Origin: a virus
Lineage: Duplodnaviria; Caudoviricetes
Length of the DNA: 47,179 nucleotides
IMG/VR virus record: IMGVR_UViG_3300031701_000001
Coordinates: 1 to 47,179 of that record
Reading direction: 5' to 3' (one strand)
Under the pieces are notes generated by a model that worked only from the letters and a program-made list of their open reading frames with translations, was not told the DNA's origin and ran no database searches. Below, piece after piece: positions 18,099 through 25,841 of this stretch. Within the stretch, counting starts at the first letter, position 1. Each line of letters begins with the position of its first letter. The translations under genes and the position numbers were made by a program.

Positions 18099-18910
18099 AG
18101 CGATTCACTGCTACCGAGAAATGGGACAAACTTTGGTTCCAGAATCTGCCCGGTAAACTGAAATTACTGTGGCTGTACATGGCCGACAAGGCGGACAGTT
18201 GCGGGGTCTGGGAAGTCAACCTTGGGCTGGCCAGTTTCAGCATTGGCGAGGACGTTGGCGAGGACGACTTGAGTGCCTTTGGAGATCGGCTTGAGAAGGT
18301 CGGTGATGACAAGATTTGGATAAAGTCCTTTGTCCGGTTTCAGTACGGCGAAAACCTAAATGAAAAATCGCCGGTTCATAAATCAATTATTAAAAGGCTT
18401 TTAAGGCACGGTATTTACGAGAAGTTATGTATAGCCTACGGTAACCCTAGTCCTACCCTTTCCCTAGCCTTGGATAACCCTAGCGATAGCTTAGAGGAAA
18501 AGGATAAAGAAAAGGATAAAGAAAAGGATAAAGAAAAGGTAAAGGAAAAGGTAAAGGAAAAAGACAAGGCAAAGGTAAAGGATAGGGGTGATTCCATTGA
18601 GAGGATTATGGCCCATTTGAACAAGGTGGCTGGAACCTCGTACTCCACCGCCAAGACCAACATTGAAAACCTCAATGCCCGACTTGGAGAGAAGGGGATA
18701 ACGGAGGAGGGGATCAAGGAGATGATCGACACCAAGGCGGTTGACTGGGCTGAAACCAAGTTCGCCCAGTTCCTTCGCCCGGCCACGCTCTTCGGGCCAT
18801 CAAACTTTGCCAACTATTACGGCCAGCGCAACCTCAAGCGTAATGGTCGCCAAGACCCCAAGCCCAAGGCAGTCGATGCCACTGGGAAAAAAATGGAGGT
18901 CTGGAAATGA
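18095..18910 (+). CDS. Replication initiator/replisome organiser with a phage conserved C-terminal domain
   Basis: N-terminal KW-D-WF..L..KLLWLY motif, (KEKD)n linker and C-terminal HLNKVAG...FLRPATLFG..F.NY. Confidence 0.8.
   Translation: MKRFTATEKWDKLWFQNLPGKLKLLWLYMADKADSCGVWEVNLGLASFSIGEDVGEDDLSAFGDRLEKVGDDKIWIKSFVRFQYGENLNEKSPVHKSIIKRLLRHGIYEKLCIAYGNPSPTLSLALDNPSDSLEEKDKEKDKEKDKEKVKEKVKEKDKAKVKDRGDSIERIMAHLNKVAGTSYSTAKTNIENLNARLGEKGITEEGIKEMIDTKAVDWAETKFAQFLRPATLFGPSNFANYYGQRNLKRNGRQDPKPKAVDATGKKMEVWK
18430..18590. repeat. Iteron-like CCCTAG repeats and 12-bp A-rich tandem repeats inside the initiator gene (putative origin)
   Basis: aaccctag twice plus ccctag/tagcct variants, then gaaaaggataaa x3, gaaaaggtaaag x2 and degenerate copies. 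Confidence 0.55.
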
Positions 18911-18916
18911 ACTTCT

Positions 18917-19015
18917 GCGGGCGCAGACACGCTACTGCTACATTGCGTGTTCACGGGAGCCTCCTTGACTGGGAGCAATGCTTCCAGTTTTCCCTTAACT
19001 CCCAACTGCGCCCGC
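18917..19015 (+). ncRNA. Candidate intergenic three-way-junction RNA/terminator
   Basis: Perfect 10-bp closing stem gcgggcgcag/ctgcgcccgc enclosing acacgc/gcgtgt, gggag/ctccc and actgggagc/gcttccagt. Confidence 0.45.
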
Positions 19016-19031
19016 CTTCAATTTTTTAATT

Positions 19032-19538
19032 ATGGACGACAACACAAAAACAAATATCGCAAATGCCAAAACACGGCTTGCCATGAATGACTTTGCGAAG
19101 AAGTTCCAGATGGCCGTCTTTGAAACTCCGCAAGAGAAGGGGCGAAAGGACGAAGCCTCGTGGGACGGGGGGATCATGGAACACCAACCATCCATGCTGG
19201 AGCTTGCGGGGATCGTGGAGGCCAAGGTTCGCTGGGTGAAGCCAGAGGTCTTGGCTGACGACTGGGACAACGAATGGTTCATGGACGAGTCGAAGGTGGA
19301 AATTAATCGGAAGCTCGCCATGAACTCCAACGTGCCCTTTTTTGGCATGCTGATCTTCGGGGACATTGATGAATATCTTTGGATCGAGATCAGCAATAGG
19401 AAGGGGTGGATACAGTGTCCGATTCGCTACGGCACACAGAAAACCCAAGCCTCAACTGCGGGGGGTCAGAAGATGGCCGACCTCGCCTACATCAAAATGG
19501 ACAACGCAAAACGGTACAAGATTGGAGAGAGCTTATGA
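19032..19538 (+). CDS. Hypothetical protein (168 aa), possibly nuclease-fold
   Basis: ATG ORF; WDG...IVEAK pattern resembles PD-(D/E)XK. Confidence 0.55.
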   Translation: MDDNTKTNIANAKTRLAMNDFAKKFQMAVFETPQEKGRKDEASWDGGIMEHQPSMLELAGIVEAKVRWVKPEVLADDWDNEWFMDESKVEINRKLAMNSNVPFFGMLIFGDIDEYLWIEISNRKGWIQCPIRYGTQKTQASTAGGQKMADLAYIKMDNAKRYKIGESL

Positions 19539-19684
19539 CACCAGATGACACCCCACCTCAATGCGGCTGTACCCCAAGCGGGACGTACATGGAATTGAAC
19601 GACGAGACCAATCGATGGGAGTGCCCGAACTGCTCCCCGCTTGACATGGAGCTTGGGCCAACCCCCGAAGACTTGGAGGAATAA
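19535..19684 (+). CDS. Small zinc-ribbon-like protein (49 aa)
   Basis: CGC...WECPNC; ATGA overlap with the upstream stop. Confidence 0.5.
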   Translation: MTPDDTPPQCGCTPSGTYMELNDETNRWECPNCSPLDMELGPTPEDLEE

Positions 19685-19687
19685 TGC

Positions 19688-19864
19688 ATGGCGAAAAAGC
19701 AGAAGCGGAACGGCAAAGGCTCTGCGCCGAGAGCGAATATTTTAACTACATCAAAGCAGTACGAAAAAAACTACAACGGGATCAACTGGAGTGGCCGACA
19801 AAAAACCAAAACCATACAACAAAGAAGAATGGCAAATGATAGCCCAAAAATTCCTCACAGATAA
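19688..19864 (+). CDS. Small basic hypothetical protein (58 aa, not in the ORF track)
   Basis: MAKKQKRNGKGSAPRANILTTSKQYEKNYNGINWSG...; GKGSxPR motif seen in small phage proteins. Confidence 0.55.
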   Translation: MAKKQKRNGKGSAPRANILTTSKQYEKNYNGINWSGRQKTKTIQQRRMANDSPKIPHR

Positions 19865-19985
19865 GTCCTTGCCCGCCTCTGCCTTAGAGAGCGCGGCAAT
19901 AGCCCTCCGCCGTGATGACCCCACCTTGGCAGAACAATGCCTCACAGAGGCTCCTACGCGCCGCAAATGGCATGCTAGGAAGTGA
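19791..19985 (+). CDS. Hypothetical protein (64 aa)
   Basis: GTG start after GGAG; overlaps its neighbours. Confidence 0.45.
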   Translation: MADKKPKPYNKEEWQMIAQKFLTDKSLPASALESAAIALRRDDPTLAEQCLTEAPTRRKWHARK

Positions 19986-20326
19986 GTATAACCTACGAAA
20001 TACCATTTATGAAAAAACCGACTACAGCTACAGAAGAAACCCTACGCCAATGCCTTGACGATGTTGAGGTGGTTACGGGTGTTAAACCAGACGAAATAAT
20101 GCAACGAACTCGCGGTTACGAAAACGTATGTATCGCCAGATTCTTTATCTACACGATGCTGCGTGAACATGCGAACATGTACTCCTACATTCAGATTGGG
20201 AAAGCAATGGGTCGTCACCACGGCGCGGTGATAAGCGGGATCACCAAGTTGAAGGATCGCTTGACCTACGACAAGCGCGTCATCGCAAAAGCCAAGTTGC
20301 TTCGCCAGAAGGGGTACGCAGTATGA
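19982..20326 (+). CDS. DnaA domain IV-like (Bac_DnaA_C) HTH protein
   Basis: VTGVKPDEIMQRTR...IARFFIYTMLRE...SYIQIGKAMGRHHGAVISGITKL matches the DnaA C-terminal pattern. Confidence 0.75.
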   Translation: MSITYEIPFMKKPTTATEETLRQCLDDVEVVTGVKPDEIMQRTRGYENVCIARFFIYTMLREHANMYSYIQIGKAMGRHHGAVISGITKLKDRLTYDKRVIAKAKLLRQKGYAV

Positions 20327-20586
20327 GAACACCGACACAGATAAGAGACGAAGCAGTACGTTGCTTTAACCAACTTGCCCCAGCCAAGTATGACATCGGG
20401 CAAGCCAAGAGCGAGGTCACTAATAACCTCGATAACCACCCCGACCTAATCGGCGCACTGCGCGAGGAATTACTGGACGCATGGTTCTACCTCGGAAGCC
20501 TCCAGCAACAGGGAGACGATAAGGACTGCCGCATAGATGAACTGGAGAAGGAGATAGAGCGATGGAAGGAGTTGGCCAAACGATGA
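20323..20586 (+). CDS. Hypothetical protein (87 aa)
   Basis: KY..GQ...LREELLDAWFY pattern; ATGA coupling. Confidence 0.6.
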   Translation: MRTPTQIRDEAVRCFNQLAPAKYDIGQAKSEVTNNLDNHPDLIGALREELLDAWFYLGSLQQQGDDKDCRIDELEKEIERWKELAKR

Positions 20587-20747
20587 GCGACTACACCGAT
20601 GAAGACTACGGCCACGATAATTACGATGGTGAGGATGAATCCACTTGCCAGTTTTGCAAAGGGCGTGGCTACCAAACAAGCGAATCAGACGGCAGTGGCC
20701 CAGCCCACGCTTGCCCAGATTGCAGTGAGGAAGATGACGATGAATGA
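20583..20747 (+). CDS. Small acidic protein with DnaJ-type zinc-finger-like CxxCxGxG (54 aa)
   Basis: CQFCKGRG...CPDC; ATGA overlaps at both ends. Confidence 0.55.
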   Translation: MSDYTDEDYGHDNYDGEDESTCQFCKGRGYQTSESDGSGPAHACPDCSEEDDDE

Positions 20748-20962
20748 AGACCGTGATCCACGTTAACCAGCACATCATTAAACGCAACCTCAAGACGGGG
20801 GAACGTAAACCCGTGCTAACCGTGAAGACCTATAAATCAAATGACTATGCACATAGCGTCATGGTCAACGGCCCAAGCACCATCGTGTATCGGCCCGATG
20901 CTCCACTGAGTTGCGGAGCTAGATGCTGGATTGAAACCCAAGCAGAAGTGGAACTGAAATGA
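20744..20962 (+). CDS. Conserved small phage protein (72 aa)
   Basis: IHVNQH.IK.N...P.LTVK...PLSCGAR.WIET motif. Confidence 0.7.
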   Translation: MKTVIHVNQHIIKRNLKTGERKPVLTVKTYKSNDYAHSVMVNGPSTIVYRPDAPLSCGARCWIETQAEVELK

Positions 20963-20973
20963 AAAAGCCCTAA

Positions 20974-21945
20974 TTGAATGTGGATAATACCGAAAACAAA
21001 CTCACCTGTCTCTCCTTGTGCGCCGGGTACGGAGGAATCGAATTGGGACTCCGCCTCGCTGGCGTCGAGTTTGGCCGAGTCGTTTATGTGGAGAGGGAAT
21101 GTTTCGCCGCAGCGAACTTGGTCAACAAGATTGAAGAAGGTCGGCTGGCTCCGGGCGTTGTCCATACGGATGTTAAGACCTTCCCGTACAACAGCTTTCG
21201 AGGATGCTTTGATTACATCTTTGCTGGAATTCCGTGCCAACCGTTTTCACAGGCCGGTTCCCACAAAGCAGACGAAGACCCAAGACACCTCTTCCCGCAC
21301 ATAAAATATGCAGTACGAACTGTTCAACCAAAATTCGTTTTTATCGAGAACGTCCAAGGCATCATTAGCGCAAAACTCAAAGGCGACCAATGGGCCGACC
21401 CCGCAGGAACACCCGTCCTGCTTCATGTCATTAGAGAATTTCAGCGCATCGGTTACGAAAGCGCGTGGGGATTATTCAGTGCGGCTGAAGTTGTCGGAGA
21501 GGATGGAAGAAGATGCCCGCACCAACGCAAACGAGTTTTCCTCCTTGCAAGGAAAGGAAATGAAGTGCCGCCCGTCACTACCGAGGACTGCCGTAGTAGA
21601 GTGTCCCTTGGAGAAATCGGAGAACGGGCATTTAATGAACTGGCCGACACCCGCAGCGAGGGACGTGAAGGGCAAGTCCGGCAAGGGGCGGCAGGAGAGG
21701 AAGGGGCATCCAACCGACACGCTGTCGAATGCCGTAGTGGTATTTGGCCGTCCCGACCCGGAGAGCAACAGCAGGTCTGGGAAACTCAACCCCAACTGGG
21801 TGGAGCATCTTATGTTGGGCAAGACGGGTGCAGGGTGGACGCAACTATCGACCGGGTGGATCGCATCCGGCTCCTCGGCAACGGCGTAGTACCCGCCACT
21901 GCTGCTATCGCGTACCGGACGCTGTTGAAGGAATTAGAACGATGA
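20974..21945 (+). CDS. C5 cytosine DNA methyltransferase, alpha polypeptide (probable GTG start at 20980)
   Basis: Motif I LSLCAGYGG, IV GIPCQPFS, VI ENVQG, VIII PHQRKRVF and X LGNGVVP; no motif IX recognisable in this frame. Confidence 0.9.
   Translation: MNVDNTENKLTCLSLCAGYGGIELGLRLAGVEFGRVVYVERECFAAANLVNKIEEGRLAPGVVHTDVKTFPYNSFRGCFDYIFAGIPCQPFSQAGSHKADEDPRHLFPHIKYAVRTVQPKFVFIENVQGIISAKLKGDQWADPAGTPVLLHVIREFQRIGYESAWGLFSAAEVVGEDGRRCPHQRKRVFLLARKGNEVPPVTTEDCRSRVSLGEIGERAFNELADTRSEGREGQVRQGAAGEEGASNRHAVECRSGIWPSRPGEQQQVWETQPQLGGASYVGQDGCRVDATIDRVDRIRLLGNGVVPATAAIAYRTLLKELER
21308..21889 (+). CDS. Overlapping alternative-frame methyltransferase beta polypeptide (193 aa)
   Basis: WPTPAARDVKG (TRD-type) and KLNPNWVEHLM (motif IX-like), entirely inside the alpha gene. 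Confidence 0.65.
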   Translation: MQYELFNQNSFLSRTSKASLAQNSKATNGPTPQEHPSCFMSLENFSASVTKARGDYSVRLKLSERMEEDARTNANEFSSLQGKEMKCRPSLPRTAVVECPLEKSENGHLMNWPTPAARDVKGKSGKGRQERKGHPTDTLSNAVVVFGRPDPESNSRSGKLNPNWVEHLMLGKTGAGWTQLSTGWIASGSSATA

Positions 21946-22045
21946 AAACCAACTACCCCAAACATCTGCGCCTCGCACTAGACCTATTCTGGTGCGCCTT
22001 GGCGGTGTGGCTGGTGTCGAGGCTTATAACAACATGAACTGCTGA

Positions 22046-22282
22046 GTGGCTAAAAAAGACACAAGAAACGGAGGTACTTCCGAGTGCCCATGCGGGGCCA
22101 CAAACAGCTACACCGGGGGGCATTGCTTTGGTTGTGGCGTGTGGCGACCACAATCAAAGAAAGACATCACCAAGGAGCCAGAGGACATGGTGGTCTGGTT
22201 GAATCACGTTTACGGCTATCGGATACACAGATATCGGCTTTGGGCTGTCCCACAAGAATTAGATGCGGATTCCTTCCCTTGA
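22046..22282 (+). CDS. Small Cys-containing hypothetical protein (78 aa)
   Basis: ECPCG...CFGCG zinc-finger-like pattern. Confidence 0.5.
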   Translation: MAKKDTRNGGTSECPCGATNSYTGGHCFGCGVWRPQSKKDITKEPEDMVVWLNHVYGYRIHRYRLWAVPQELDADSFP

Positions 22283-22451
22283 TCAATAATACCACAGATG
22301 CGCCACCTAACTGCTCTGGGGATTTCGCACCAATTTCCACAGGGCTGTTTTATGGGGGGAAAGTGCGAAATACGGCAATCTCGCATCTGGGAAAACACCC
22401 ATCTACACGAAATCTCTTAACCTCCTACAGCAACCCTGCTAGGGTCACCCT

Positions 22452-22706
22452 ATGCCAAAGCGGTATCCATCTAAGGGCAAGTTACTCAAAGTATACTGGG
22501 ATGACGTAACGGGTCATATCAACTCATACGCCAAGAGAGCCAAGCCAGCCCCAGCCATCTCAGTAGGGTACTTGCACAAGGAATACGAAGACTACATCGT
22601 GATAGCCTCGTCCTACTTCATAGAAGACGTCAAGGATGAGGATGACCGCGAAGGAGACTTCACTGCCCTGCCAAAGGGAATGATCACAAAGATCGAAGTC
22701 CTTTAA
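22452..22706 (+). CDS. Conserved small phage protein (84 aa)
   Basis: LLKVYWDD...SVGYL...LPKGMITKIEVL pattern. Confidence 0.65.
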   Translation: MPKRYPSKGKLLKVYWDDVTGHINSYAKRAKPAPAISVGYLHKEYEDYIVIASSYFIEDVKDEDDREGDFTALPKGMITKIEVL

Positions 22707-23227
22707 GCGGGAACCACAGTCTGCTCCTGCACAACCTCCGCCGCAACACGCTTCATCTGATCCTTGCTAGGTAATGCAGCCAGAACATTAATGTTCACCA
22801 AGGGCTTGTCCTTCGCCTCCTCAATGCCATGAATCTTTCGTAGCTGATCATCCAAGCGTACCCACGCCTCAATCGCAATCCGCATCTCCTTCATGTCACC
22901 TTGCTGCATCGCCACCACCGCAGCTTGGAATAACGTGTAGAGCTTGTCACCGACTGCCTTGGAGCGCGTGATCACCTTGTCCTTCGTATCACAGATTAAC
23001 GCGGTCTCCGAGTTGTCCTCGGCTCGCTTGATAATCTCGTCCCTCACCTCCTCACGCGCCTTGCGCTGTAACTCGTCCCGCTTGAGTAACCAGTTGTCCT
23101 TGGCTGCGCGGTTGCCAAGGTAACGATAGGAGATGCTCTTCCTGCGAGCATAGTCTTTCAAGGATACGTTGGCGCGTAGGAACTCGGACTCAAGCGCATC
23201 CCAATCATGTTTGCGTGTATTTGCCAT
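22703..23227 (-). CDS. Terminase small subunit-like HTH protein (174 aa from ATG 23227)
   Basis: N-terminal DWDALESEF...SLKDYARRKSISYRYLGNRAAKDNW HTH of the TerS type, followed by a helical oligomerisation-like region. Confidence 0.55.
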   Translation of the reverse strand: MANTRKHDWDALESEFLRANVSLKDYARRKSISYRYLGNRAAKDNWLLKRDELQRKAREEVRDEIIKRAEDNSETALICDTKDKVITRSKAVGDKLYTLFQAAVVAMQQGDMKEMRIAIEAWVRLDDQLRKIHGIEEAKDKPLVNINVLAALPSKDQMKRVAAEVVQEQTVVPA

Positions 23228-23272
23228 AACTGTTGGCAGTATAGTGAAAATCCCAAAAAATTCCACACCCAT

Positions 23273-23336
23273 GTATATATATATATACCCCACCCGAAGG
23301 GGGTTCCCCTTGGCATCCTCCACCCCCCCTATATAG
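23273..23336. other. Candidate packaging/genome-end region: (TA)7 palindrome and C/G tracts
   Basis: GTATATATATATATAC at 23273-23288, then C-tracts, GGGGG and CTATATAG, in the divergent gap between the TerS-like gene and the early region. Confidence 0.35.
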
Positions 23337-23485
23337 ACAAAAAAGCATGCTTTTAAGCCTCGCAAACTGACTAGCAATGCCACCCCACCCCACGTTTACA
23401 GTGTTAACAGAGCGCGAGGGACTCAGAGGGACGCAGTGACCGGGGATGGTGGAAACGATGGCGGCGGCGGCGTGGCGAAAGAAAA

Positions 23486-23516
23486 AGGGCCATTCACACG
23501 CCATGCTTACGACATA
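23486..23516 (+). promoter_or_regulatory. Early promoter-like motif, copy 1 (AGGGCCA-N15-TACGACATA)
   Basis: AGGGCCA ttcacacgccatgct TACGACATA; 5 nt to ATG 23522. Confidence 0.8.
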
Positions 23517-23521
23517 GGGGC

Positions 23522-24391
23522 ATGGCGAAAACCCCGTTACAAAAACAACTACTCAAACTCGGCGCACAATGCGTGGCCGATGATCCCGCATGGCGCGATA
23601 CACTTTCCACCATCTCAGCGCGTGGCGGCGATTGGGAAAAGTACTCAATCGCGTTCACTGAATTCATGGAAGACGGTGTGCCGCGCTTTACGATTTTCGC
23701 CAAGGGCAATAGCAAATTGCCATTCTATGCATTCTCTGCCTTGCCAATCATCACATGCCCCGGCTTCGGGGAATGCGGCGATTGGTGTTACTCATTTACG
23801 GCGTGGCGTTATCCCGCCGCCTATTTTCGGCAATTGCAAAACACCGTTTTAATCGTTCGCAAATCGCCCGCGCTTGCGGAGGCTTTCAACGCCTTGCCGC
23901 GCGGCGTGGATTTCCGCCTCTACGTTGACGGCGATTTTGATAGCGCGGCGAGCCTATCCTTTTGGATGGAATTGCTACGCGCCCGGGCCGATATCCGCGC
24001 CTATGGATATTCTAAATCTTGGCCTTTGTTTTTATCTTACGCGAAAAGCCACGCATTCCCGCCCAACTATAAACTCAATCTATCCGGCGGGAGCCGCTAC
24101 GGGGAAGCGTATTTACGCGCCATGAAAGCCCTTACATGCGTCCGTGGCGAATTCGCGGCCTTTACCGTTGCCACCCGTTTTCCAAGCCAACCCTTGGCCG
24201 TCAAAGCTCCGCGCAAGCATGCCGCGCAAGTCGCACAATACCGCCGCGAAGTGAAACGCGCCGCCATCGATGCCGGGCACAAACGGGTGTTCGTTTGCCC
24301 CGGCAAGTGCGGGGAATGCGTTCGCGGCGGAGTCCATGCATGCGGCTCGGCAAAGTTTGACGGCGTCACCGTAGCAATCGGCATTCACTAA
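23522..24391 (+). CDS. Gp88-like Cys-rich phage protein (289 aa)
   Basis: GNSKL, FSALPIITCPGFGECGDWCY, FRLYVDGDF, YGYSKS and C-terminal CPGKCGEC...C. Confidence 0.7.
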   Translation: MAKTPLQKQLLKLGAQCVADDPAWRDTLSTISARGGDWEKYSIAFTEFMEDGVPRFTIFAKGNSKLPFYAFSALPIITCPGFGECGDWCYSFTAWRYPAAYFRQLQNTVLIVRKSPALAEAFNALPRGVDFRLYVDGDFDSAASLSFWMELLRARADIRAYGYSKSWPLFLSYAKSHAFPPNYKLNLSGGSRYGEAYLRAMKALTCVRGEFAAFTVATRFPSQPLAVKAPRKHAAQVAQYRREVKRAAIDAGHKRVFVCPGKCGECVRGGVHACGSAKFDGVTVAIGIH

Positions 24392-24412
24392 AGGAAAAGC
24401 AACCAAAACAAA

Positions 24413-24443
24413 AGGGCCATTGAACCCACAAACCTACGACATA
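24413..24443 (+). promoter_or_regulatory. Early promoter-like motif, copy 2
   Basis: AGGGCCA ttgaacccacaaacc TACGACATA; 8 nt to ATG 24452. Confidence 0.85.
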
Positions 24444-24451
24444 TAAATAAC

Positions 24452-24718
24452 ATGATAACAATCCCGAAAACACTGAACCCAACACCCGCCTTTGAGATTA
24501 TCGACTCAAATAACGGTTACGCAATATACACCGACACGATCCGACACAAGGATGAAGCTGATCCAGCCTCGCAGTTTGTTTTCAAAAAACTGAGCAATGG
24601 AAACTATGCCCACGCGAGTCTGCATTGTGCAGCGTGGGAGGGTGAAATGGAATGCGAACGCTACGGCATGCACAAAATTCCCGCCATTGTGCAGAATTGG
24701 CTTTCGCGGCAAGTCTAG
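24452..24718 (+). CDS. Early hypothetical protein (88 aa)
   Basis: ATG directly after the motif. Confidence 0.7.
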   Translation: MITIPKTLNPTPAFEIIDSNNGYAIYTDTIRHKDEADPASQFVFKKLSNGNYAHASLHCAAWEGEMECERYGMHKIPAIVQNWLSRQV

Positions 24719-24776
24719 CCCTACACTCTGCTTTTCCAATGGGAAGGCGGAATTGTGCGGTTACCTAACAAATAAT

Positions 24777-24807
24777 AGGGCCATTGAACCCAACAACCTA
24801 CGACATA
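24777..24807 (+). promoter_or_regulatory. Early promoter-like motif, copy 3
   Basis: AGGGCCA ttgaacccaacaacc TACGACATA; 5 nt to ATG 24813. Confidence 0.85.
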
Positions 24808-24812
24808 AAACC

Positions 24813-25043
24813 ATGATGATAAATCCAAACAATGATGGCGACCTTGCAACGCTCAACGCCTCGGCGGCGGCGGCAAGGTTAAGCAACGCAAAGCGCAAAG
24901 GCGTTTGCACACATGAACGGCGGCAACATGCCAACCTTAATTTTAGTCCGGGATGGGATCAAGTTGCGGGCGTTCGATGCCTCGACTGTGGGAAAACCGC
25001 GACATGGGCCCAGCTTGAAGAGGATCGCCAAGAGTGGCTGTAA
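24813..25043 (+). CDS. Early hypothetical protein with CxH...CxxC (76 aa)
   Basis: MMINPNNDG...CTHE...CLDCG; the start is defined by the motif (the track start at 24597 is an upstream extension). Confidence 0.7.
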   Translation: MMINPNNDGDLATLNASAAAARLSNAKRKGVCTHERRQHANLNFSPGWDQVAGVRCLDCGKTATWAQLEEDRQEWL

Positions 25044-25050
25044 AAATAAT

Positions 25051-25081
25051 AGGGCCACAAAGGCCACAAACCTACGACATA
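25051..25081 (+). promoter_or_regulatory. Early promoter-like motif, copy 4
   Basis: AGGGCCA caaaggccacaaacc TACGACATA; 5 nt to ATG 25087. Confidence 0.85.
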
Positions 25082-25086
25082 AAACC

Positions 25087-25311
25087 ATGACTGAAATCGA
25101 TATAAACGGAAACACGAAAAGCACCAACGCCCCCGCATTGCGGGCAAAGGTTAAACGCCAACCCAAGCCCGTGCGGCACTCAATCGAACGGCCCTACATG
25201 CGTGTACGGGTTGCCCTGCCAAAAGGCGGCAGCATTACATTTTTTGCCGATGAGGAACTCGGCCTAACAGAATGGCTGGAGACACATGGCGAGTTCGTTT
25301 TTGACCTTTAA
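25087..25311 (+). CDS. Early hypothetical protein (74 aa)
   Basis: MTEIDINGNTK...; the start is defined by the motif. Confidence 0.7.
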   Translation: MTEIDINGNTKSTNAPALRAKVKRQPKPVRHSIERPYMRVRVALPKGGSITFFADEELGLTEWLETHGEFVFDL

Positions 25312-25464
25312 CAGCCCCAACCCGCCCCCGTTCACGCTGTAAACCACGTTTCCATGCAGCAACGGGGCGGGGGAATGGGCATATAAAAACCTTGTCCAAC
25401 GTATGACGCCCGTTATACAAACACAGCTTTACCAGAAAACACAGTAACTAGCAGCAAAAATAAA

Positions 25465-25495
25465 AGGGCCATTGAACCCACAAACCTACGACATA
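25465..25495 (+). promoter_or_regulatory. Early promoter-like motif, copy 5
   Basis: AGGGCCA ttgaacccacaaacc TACGACATA (identical to copy 2); 7 nt to ATG 25503. Confidence 0.85.
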
Positions 25496-25502
25496 AAGAG
25501 AC

Positions 25503-25775
25503 ATGACAAACGATTTCAAACCCAGCGACTTTTACCATGCCGATTACGCGATTGGCTGTGGCGGCACGGAAACCCCGATCACTTGGGGCGGCAAGTCTTA
25601 CCTTTACGTTTGGAACCGGAAGGCCAAGCGGCATGAATACTACGTCCGCCCCGATGACATGTTCATCCCCGATACGGATGCGCCGTGGATCATTTACCAG
25701 CGGTTCCAGCGAACCGATGCCGGGGCGTGGCGGGGGGTTTGTGAAGATGCGCCGTGCTGCGGTTGCTGCGATTGA
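25503..25775 (+). CDS. Early hypothetical protein ending CEDAPCCGCC (90 aa)
   Basis: ATG after the motif; the GxCEDAPCCGCC tail is seen in phage early proteins. Confidence 0.75.
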   Translation: MTNDFKPSDFYHADYAIGCGGTETPITWGGKSYLYVWNRKAKRHEYYVRPDDMFIPDTDAPWIIYQRFQRTDAGAWRGVCEDAPCCGCCD

Positions 25776-25792
25776 GAATTTAGAAAAATAAA

Positions 25793-25823
25793 AGGGCCAG
25801 CGAGGCCAACAACCTACGACATA
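25793..25823 (+). promoter_or_regulatory. Early promoter-like motif, copy 6
   Basis: AGGGCCA gcgaggccaacaacc TACGACATA; 18 nt to ATG 25842. Confidence 0.85.
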
Positions 25824-25841
25824 TAAATAACAAACAAAACC

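Noticed and set aside
5297-19998. 13-mer GTATAACCTACGA at 5297 and 19986, resembling half of the early motif
   Set aside because: It lacks the AGGGCCA box and the CATA end, and repeated 13-mers are expected by chance in 47 kb.
23228-25086. Longer track starts (23383 for the TerS-like ORF; 24597 and 24913 for early ORFs)
   Set aside because: The extensions run through non-coding tracts, promoter motifs or neighbouring genes; the downstream ATGs fit the context better.
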